Shown here piece by piece: positions 60,281-64,000 of a stretch of 64,000 bases of DNA. A model generated the notes under the pieces. The model was not told the origin of the DNA, made no database searches, and saw only the letters and a program-made list of their open reading frames with translations. The stretch comes from Bacteroidota bacterium (GTDB lineage Bacteria; Bacteroidota; Bacteroidia; UKL13-3): positions 164,997-228,996 of the forward strand of contig CANJUD010000004.1 in NCBI GenBank assembly GCA_947477885.1, given 5' to 3'. The position numbers were made by a program, and so were the translations under genes. Numbering within the stretch: the stretch's first letter is position 1; the number at the start of each line of letters is the position of its first letter.

Positions 60281-60342
60281 CTAACCCCTAAAAAATCAGG
60301 CGTCAGCCACTGACTACTGACCACTGACCACTGTTTACTACC

Positions 60343-61107
60343 ATGATTAAAACCCTAATAATAGAAGACGAACCCTTAGTAGCTAAGGACTTAATGCATC
60401 AGTTAAAAAAACTGAACGAGGAAATTGAAATTATCACAACGCTGAGCAGCACTGCTGAGGCAATAGAATGGTTTCAAAATAACCCACAGCCCGATTTGAT
60501 ATTTATGGATATACAATTGAGCGACGGTGTAAGCTTCGACATTTTGAAAGCTGTGAAAGTAACCGCTCCTATCATTTTCACTACGGCTTACGACCAATAT
60601 GCAATCCAAGCGTTTAAACATAATAGTATTGATTATTTGTTAAAACCTATTGATGCGGAAGAACTTCAACATGCCTTCGATCAGTATAATATATATATAT
60701 CTGAGAGCGGTGATTTTACTGTAAAAATAAAAGGTTTATTGGCTAAGCTGAGTGAGGCTGCAGGCAAATATAAAGAACGTTTTATGGTGCAAACCCGAAA
60801 TACGCTCATGCCAGTCCCGGCTAGTGATATCGCTTATTTTTCAAAAGAAGAATTAATATATATATATACCAAAGAAAACCAACGCTATCTCTCGGAGAAT
60901 AATAGCATGGAAGAACTTGAGGAGTTTTGCGATCCTAAATTATTTTACCGGGCTAACAGGCAAGTAATTATTAATGTGGATATGATAGAACGTGTAAAAA
61001 GTAGCTATAACGGAAAACTATTGGCAGTGCTCAAACCGCCCTTTGCTATGGAGATAGACATAAGCCGCGAGAAAGCATCTGATTTTAAAGAATGGCTCGA
61101 TTCGTAG
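60343..61107 (+). CDS. LytR/AlgR-family response regulator (receiver + LytTR DNA-binding domain)
   Basis: The receiver domain has the phospho-acceptor Asp in LIFMDIQLSDG and the conserved Lys in YLLKP. The C-terminal LytTR domain reads FFRANRQVIINVDMI. The ATG follows the repeat immediately. Confidence 0.88.
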   Translation: MIKTLIIEDEPLVAKDLMHQLKKLNEEIEIITTLSSTAEAIEWFQNNPQPDLIFMDIQLSDGVSFDILKAVKVTAPIIFTTAYDQYAIQAFKHNSIDYLLKPIDAEELQHAFDQYNIYISESGDFTVKIKGLLAKLSEAAGKYKERFMVQTRNTLMPVPASDIAYFSKEELIYIYTKENQRYLSENNSMEELEEFCDPKLFYRANRQVIINVDMIERVKSSYNGKLLAVLKPPFAMEIDISREKASDFKEWLDS

Positions 61108-61229
61108 AATTACGAATTGCGAATTGCGAACTGGCTAACGCCTGATTCATATACTGCCTGTGGTTGTGTCTTTTGACCAACCACACTTTTAGCCACTATT
61201 CGTAATTTTTAATTCGTAATTCGTAATTA
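61101..61229. repeat. palindromic heptamer element: (ATTACGA/ATTGCGA)x3 ... inner hairpin TGTGGTTG-n11-CAACCACA ... (ATTCGTA)x4
   Basis: It is read directly from the sequence. It overlaps the RR stop codon. Confidence 0.75.
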
Positions 61230-61255
61230 TCTGAATTCCTATTTACCTTTGCTAC

Positions 61256-61825
61256 ATGGCAACTAAAATATATACAAAGACCGGAGACAAAGGCAGCACA
61301 GGACTTATAGGCGGCAAGCGTGTTTCCAAATCGCATGAGCGGATTGAGGCTTATGGCACTGTAGATGAACTTAATTCATACTTAGGATTGGTAAGTGATG
61401 CCATTACTATTGATAGCAAAAAAGAAGAACTAAAATATATCCAAGACCGCTTGTTTACGGTTGGTTCTAACTTGGCTTGCGACGATGAAAATGCCAAAAT
61501 GATTCTCCCCGACCTCACTGAAAATGATATAACACTTCTCGAAAAATACATCGACCAAATGGATACAGAATTGGAACCTCTCAAAAACTTTATTATACCC
61601 GGCGGACATATACATATATCATACTGCCACATTGCACGCTGCGTGTGCCGCAGGGCCGAGCGACTCTGTGTGCAACTAATGGAGCATAGTTTTGTGCCAC
61701 CGCTTATTATACAATATTTAAATAGATTGAGCGATTATCTATTTGCTTTATCACGTTATATAGGGAAGCATTTGGGAGTAGCAGAGATTGTATGGGAACC
61801 GAGAAAAGTAAACAGTAGTCAGTAG
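61256..61825 (+). CDS. PduO-type ATP:cob(I)alamin adenosyltransferase
   Basis: MATKIYTKTGDKGSTGL...ERIEAYGTVDELNS is the MMAB/PduO N-terminal signature. The last 6 codons (KVNSSQ) are encoded by the following heptamer array. Confidence 0.82.
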   Translation: MATKIYTKTGDKGSTGLIGGKRVSKSHERIEAYGTVDELNSYLGLVSDAITIDSKKEELKYIQDRLFTVGSNLACDDENAKMILPDLTENDITLLEKYIDQMDTELEPLKNFIIPGGHIHISYCHIARCVCRRAERLCVQLMEHSFVPPLIIQYLNRLSDYLFALSRYIGKHLGVAEIVWEPRKVNSSQ

Positions 61826-62081
61826 TCAGTAAACAGTAGTCAGTAAACAGTAGTCAGTAAACAGTAGTCAGTAAACAGTAGTCAGTAAACAGTAGTCAGT
61901 AAGCAGTAGTCAGTAAACAGTAGTCAGTAAGCAGTAGTCAGTAAGCAGTAGTCAGTAAGCAGTAGTCAGTAAGCAGTAGTCAGTAAGCATTAGTCAGTAA
62001 ACAGTAGTCAGTAATCAGTAATCAGTTTGCTGACGCCGAATGGCACTGACTACTGTTTACTGACTACTGACCACTAAAATT
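61808..62081. repeat. (AAACAGTAGTCAGT)n 14-bp (2x7) tandem array of about 16 units, then GCTGACGCC anchor in inverted orientation and ACTGAC-type units up to the next ATG
   Basis: It is read directly from the sequence. Confidence 0.9.
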
Positions 62082-62429
62082 ATGAAAATTATAAAATTTG
62101 AAGATATTATAGCTTGGCAAAAATCACAAGATTTTGCTGTAGAAATATATAGTTCATTTAAAGAATCAAAAGATTGGGATTTTAGAAATCAAATTTGCAG
62201 AGCGACGGTTTCTATTTCAAACAATATTGCCGAAGGTTTTGACAGAAGCTCTAATGCTGACTTTAAAAGGTTTCTTTATATGTCGTTAGCCTCATGCAGT
62301 GAAGTGAAATCCATGCTAATTTTAGCAAAACGCCTTGAATATTTAAATGAGAAAACAAGTAAAACCTTAATATTGCAATCGGAAGAAATTTCTAAAATAA
62401 TAAATGGCTTCATCAAATCACTAAAATAA
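62082..62429 (+). CDS. four-helix-bundle protein (TIGR02436 / PF05635, 23S-rRNA-intervening-sequence protein family; Avd-like)
   Basis: MKIIKFEDIIAWQKSQDFAVEIYSSF...NNIAEGFDRSS..DFKRFLYMSLASCSEVKSMLILAKRLEYL...KIINGFIKSLK matches the family consensus (EDLxVWQKA...NIAEGFGR...FL.IA.GSL.E......LA..L.YI). Confidence 0.85.
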   Translation: MKIIKFEDIIAWQKSQDFAVEIYSSFKESKDWDFRNQICRATVSISNNIAEGFDRSSNADFKRFLYMSLASCSEVKSMLILAKRLEYLNEKTSKTLILQSEEISKIINGFIKSLK

Positions 62430-62642
62430 CTAACCACTAAAAAGCACGCGTAAGCCACTGACTACTGTTTACTGACCACTGTTTACTAAATATGAAAATA
62501 ATAAATGGCTTCATCAAATCACTAAAATAACTAACCCCTAAAAAATCAGGCGTCAGCCACTGACTACTGACTACTGTTTACTGACCAATGACCACTAAAA
62601 AGCACGCGTAAGCCACTGACTACTGTTTACTGTCTACTAATT
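62430..62642. repeat. repeat tail units (CTAACCNCTAAAAAgcaCGCGTaAGCCACTGACTACTGTTTACTGACCACTG) x3 with an embedded relic mini-ORF
   Basis: It is read directly from the sequence. The last unit ends 2 nt before the ispG ATG. Confidence 0.8.
62492..62530 (+). pseudogene. third relic mini-ORF (MKIINGFIKSLK*)
   Basis: It is identical to the relic at 60140-60178. Confidence 0.7.
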
Positions 62643-64000
62643 ATGAGAAGAAAAACCACCACCGTCACAATAGGAAACACGCCCATGGGCAGTGATTTCC
62701 CCATCCGTATACAATCCATGACTACCACGGATACAATGGACACAGAGAAAACTGTGGAGCAAAGTATTCGTATGATAGAGAGTGGTTGCGAGTATGTTCG
62801 TATTACTGCACCAAGTATTAACGAAGCACAGAATTTACAGAATATTATAGACGAATTACGCAAAAGTGGATATCATACTCCCCTAGTTGCTGATATACAT
62901 TTTACGCCTAATGCAGCGGAAGTTGCAGCGAGAATTGTAGAAAAAGTTCGCATCAATCCTGGGAATTTTGCAGATAAGAAAAAGTTTGAAACGATTGAAT
63001 ATAATGATGCAGAATATGAAGAAGAACTAGAACGCATCAAACAAAAATTCACGCCGCTTATACATATATGCAAAGAGCACGGCACTGCTATGCGTATTGG
63101 CACAAACCACGGCTCCCTGAGCGACCGAATCATGAGCAGATATGGAGACACGCCGCTAGGGATGGTAGAATCAGCTTTGGAATTTTTGAGAATTTGCAGG
63201 GCAGGAGACTATCATAATATTGTGCTCAGTATGAAAAGCAGCAACCCGCAAGTGATGGTGCAAGCGTATAGATTATTGGTGCAACGCATGGATATGGAAA
63301 ACATGCACTACCCTTTGCATATAGGTGTTACCGAAGCAGGCGATGGTGACGATGGCAGAATTAAATCTGCTATAGGAATTGGAACTTTATTGGAAGAAGG
63401 ATTGGGTGATACCGTCCGTGTTTCGCTTACCGAAGATCCAGAATTTGAAGCACCGGTTGCAAAAGCTTTGGTAGAAAGATATAATATCCCCGCTCCCGCC
63501 GAATTGATTACAGAAGATTATTCTGACTCCCTAAAAGTGAAAGAACATTATAGTCCTTTCAGTTATCAAAAACGCAAGACTATAGAAGTAGCAAACATCG
63601 GTGGACACCAATTGCCAAGGGTTATAGCTGATTTTTCCAACTTAGATACTATAACAGAATTCGACCTGCAGCAAGTGGGACATATATATGATGCTGCACT
63701 GGATAAATGGCATATGACCGAACAAGGTTGCGATTATATATATGCGAAAAATAGTATTATAAATTTCATGTTGCCCAATGGCTTGAAAGCAATATATGAT
63801 TATCATACTTGGGAGAAATTAGCTGATAGAGAAAATGCTTTTCCACTAATTGAAATTGGAAATACAAAAGACAATATTACCTGGCATTCCAAATTGAATT
63901 TTGTATATATCAATGATATTTCTCAAATATCTAAACTCCTGCATATCCCTGAAAACGCAGTGCTGGTGCTAGAGTGCAAACACGCCAGACCACTTACTAT
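62643..64000 (+). CDS. ispG: 4-hydroxy-3-methylbut-2-enyl diphosphate synthase (long form with inserted domain), partial at the window end
   Basis: VTIGNTPMGSDFPIRIQSMTTTDT...RITAPSINEAQNL...VRINPGNFADKK...IGTNHGSL...LHIGVTEAGDG. There is no stop codon before the window end. Confidence 0.9.
   Translation, partial: MRRKTTTVTIGNTPMGSDFPIRIQSMTTTDTMDTEKTVEQSIRMIESGCEYVRITAPSINEAQNLQNIIDELRKSGYHTPLVADIHFTPNAAEVAARIVEKVRINPGNFADKKKFETIEYNDAEYEEELERIKQKFTPLIHICKEHGTAMRIGTNHGSLSDRIMSRYGDTPLGMVESALEFLRICRAGDYHNIVLSMKSSNPQVMVQAYRLLVQRMDMENMHYPLHIGVTEAGDGDDGRIKSAIGIGTLLEEGLGDTVRVSLTEDPEFEAPVAKALVERYNIPAPAELITEDYSDSLKVKEHYSPFSYQKRKTIEVANIGGHQLPRVIADFSNLDTITEFDLQQVGHIYDAALDKWHMTEQGCDYIYAKNSIINFMLPNGLKAIYDYHTWEKLADRENAFPLIEIGNTKDNITWHSKLNFVYINDISQISKLLHIPENAVLVLECKHARPLT

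Noticed and set aside
60124-60324. 66-aa minus-strand ORF spanning the relic repeats; also 62276-62458 on the minus strand
   Set aside because: They are produced by reading two copies of the same repeat unit (MKPFIIFIFS...SQWLTPDFLGVSYF twice). They are a repeat artefact and lie antisense to the four-helix-bundle gene and its relics.
62082-62429. Diversity-generating retroelement (DGR) around the Avd-like four-helix-bundle gene
   Set aside because: No reverse transcriptase, template or variable repeat pair, or target gene with a C-type lectin fold is present in the window. The gene is a stand-alone PF05635 member.
1-64000. tRNA, rRNA and tmRNA genes
   Set aside because: No GTTCGAATC-type T-arm motifs or GC-rich structured blocks of appropriate size were seen in the intergenic regions. 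All long intergenic stretches are AT-rich or repeat-derived.

Overview
The window is AT-rich (roughly 35% GC) and gene-dense, and looks like a Bacteroidota chromosome, probably Flavobacteriia or a related class. The strongest clue is at least six predicted type IX secretion (T9SS) cargo proteins: C-terminal sorting domains of type A (Por_Secre_tail) and type B (gliding-motility CTD with the hallmark PNxFSPNGDGxND motif) occur on an S8 peptidase, an SBBP-repeat protein, a PQQ-type sugar dehydrogenase, a 2097-aa LTD/Calx-beta adhesin and two other large proteins. Housekeeping genes recognisable from conserved motifs are asnS (partial, at the 5' edge), pabB, uvrC, a tandem set of three SurA/parvulin-type PPIase genes, an arginine-decarboxylase-like gene, a sugar nucleotidyltransferase, tatC, a SpoU methyltransferase, gyrA, a TonB-dependent receptor, a LytS/LytTR two-component pair, a PduO-type cob(I)alamin adenosyltransferase and ispG (partial, at the 3' edge). 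Two type II toxin-antitoxin loci are present, and the HigB-like toxin of one is frameshifted in a T-run. No tRNA, rRNA or CRISPR array was recognised. The feature that stands out most is an abundant family of short tandem arrays with a strict 7-bp period but variable unit sequence, for example (CAGTAGT)n, (TTATACT)n, (CATTCAT)n and (AATTCGT)n. These arrays are often anchored by a GCGTCAGCC motif, sometimes form long palindromes, fill intergenic regions, overlap the 3' ends of genes and thereby encode C-terminal tails, and separate a histidine kinase from its response regulator. At 59.8-62.6 kb they surround a four-helix-bundle gene (the PF05635 23S-rRNA-IVP family, which also includes the DGR Avd proteins) together with three collapsed 13-codon relics of the same gene. 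Several ORF-track starts are TTG or GTG and are flagged below.
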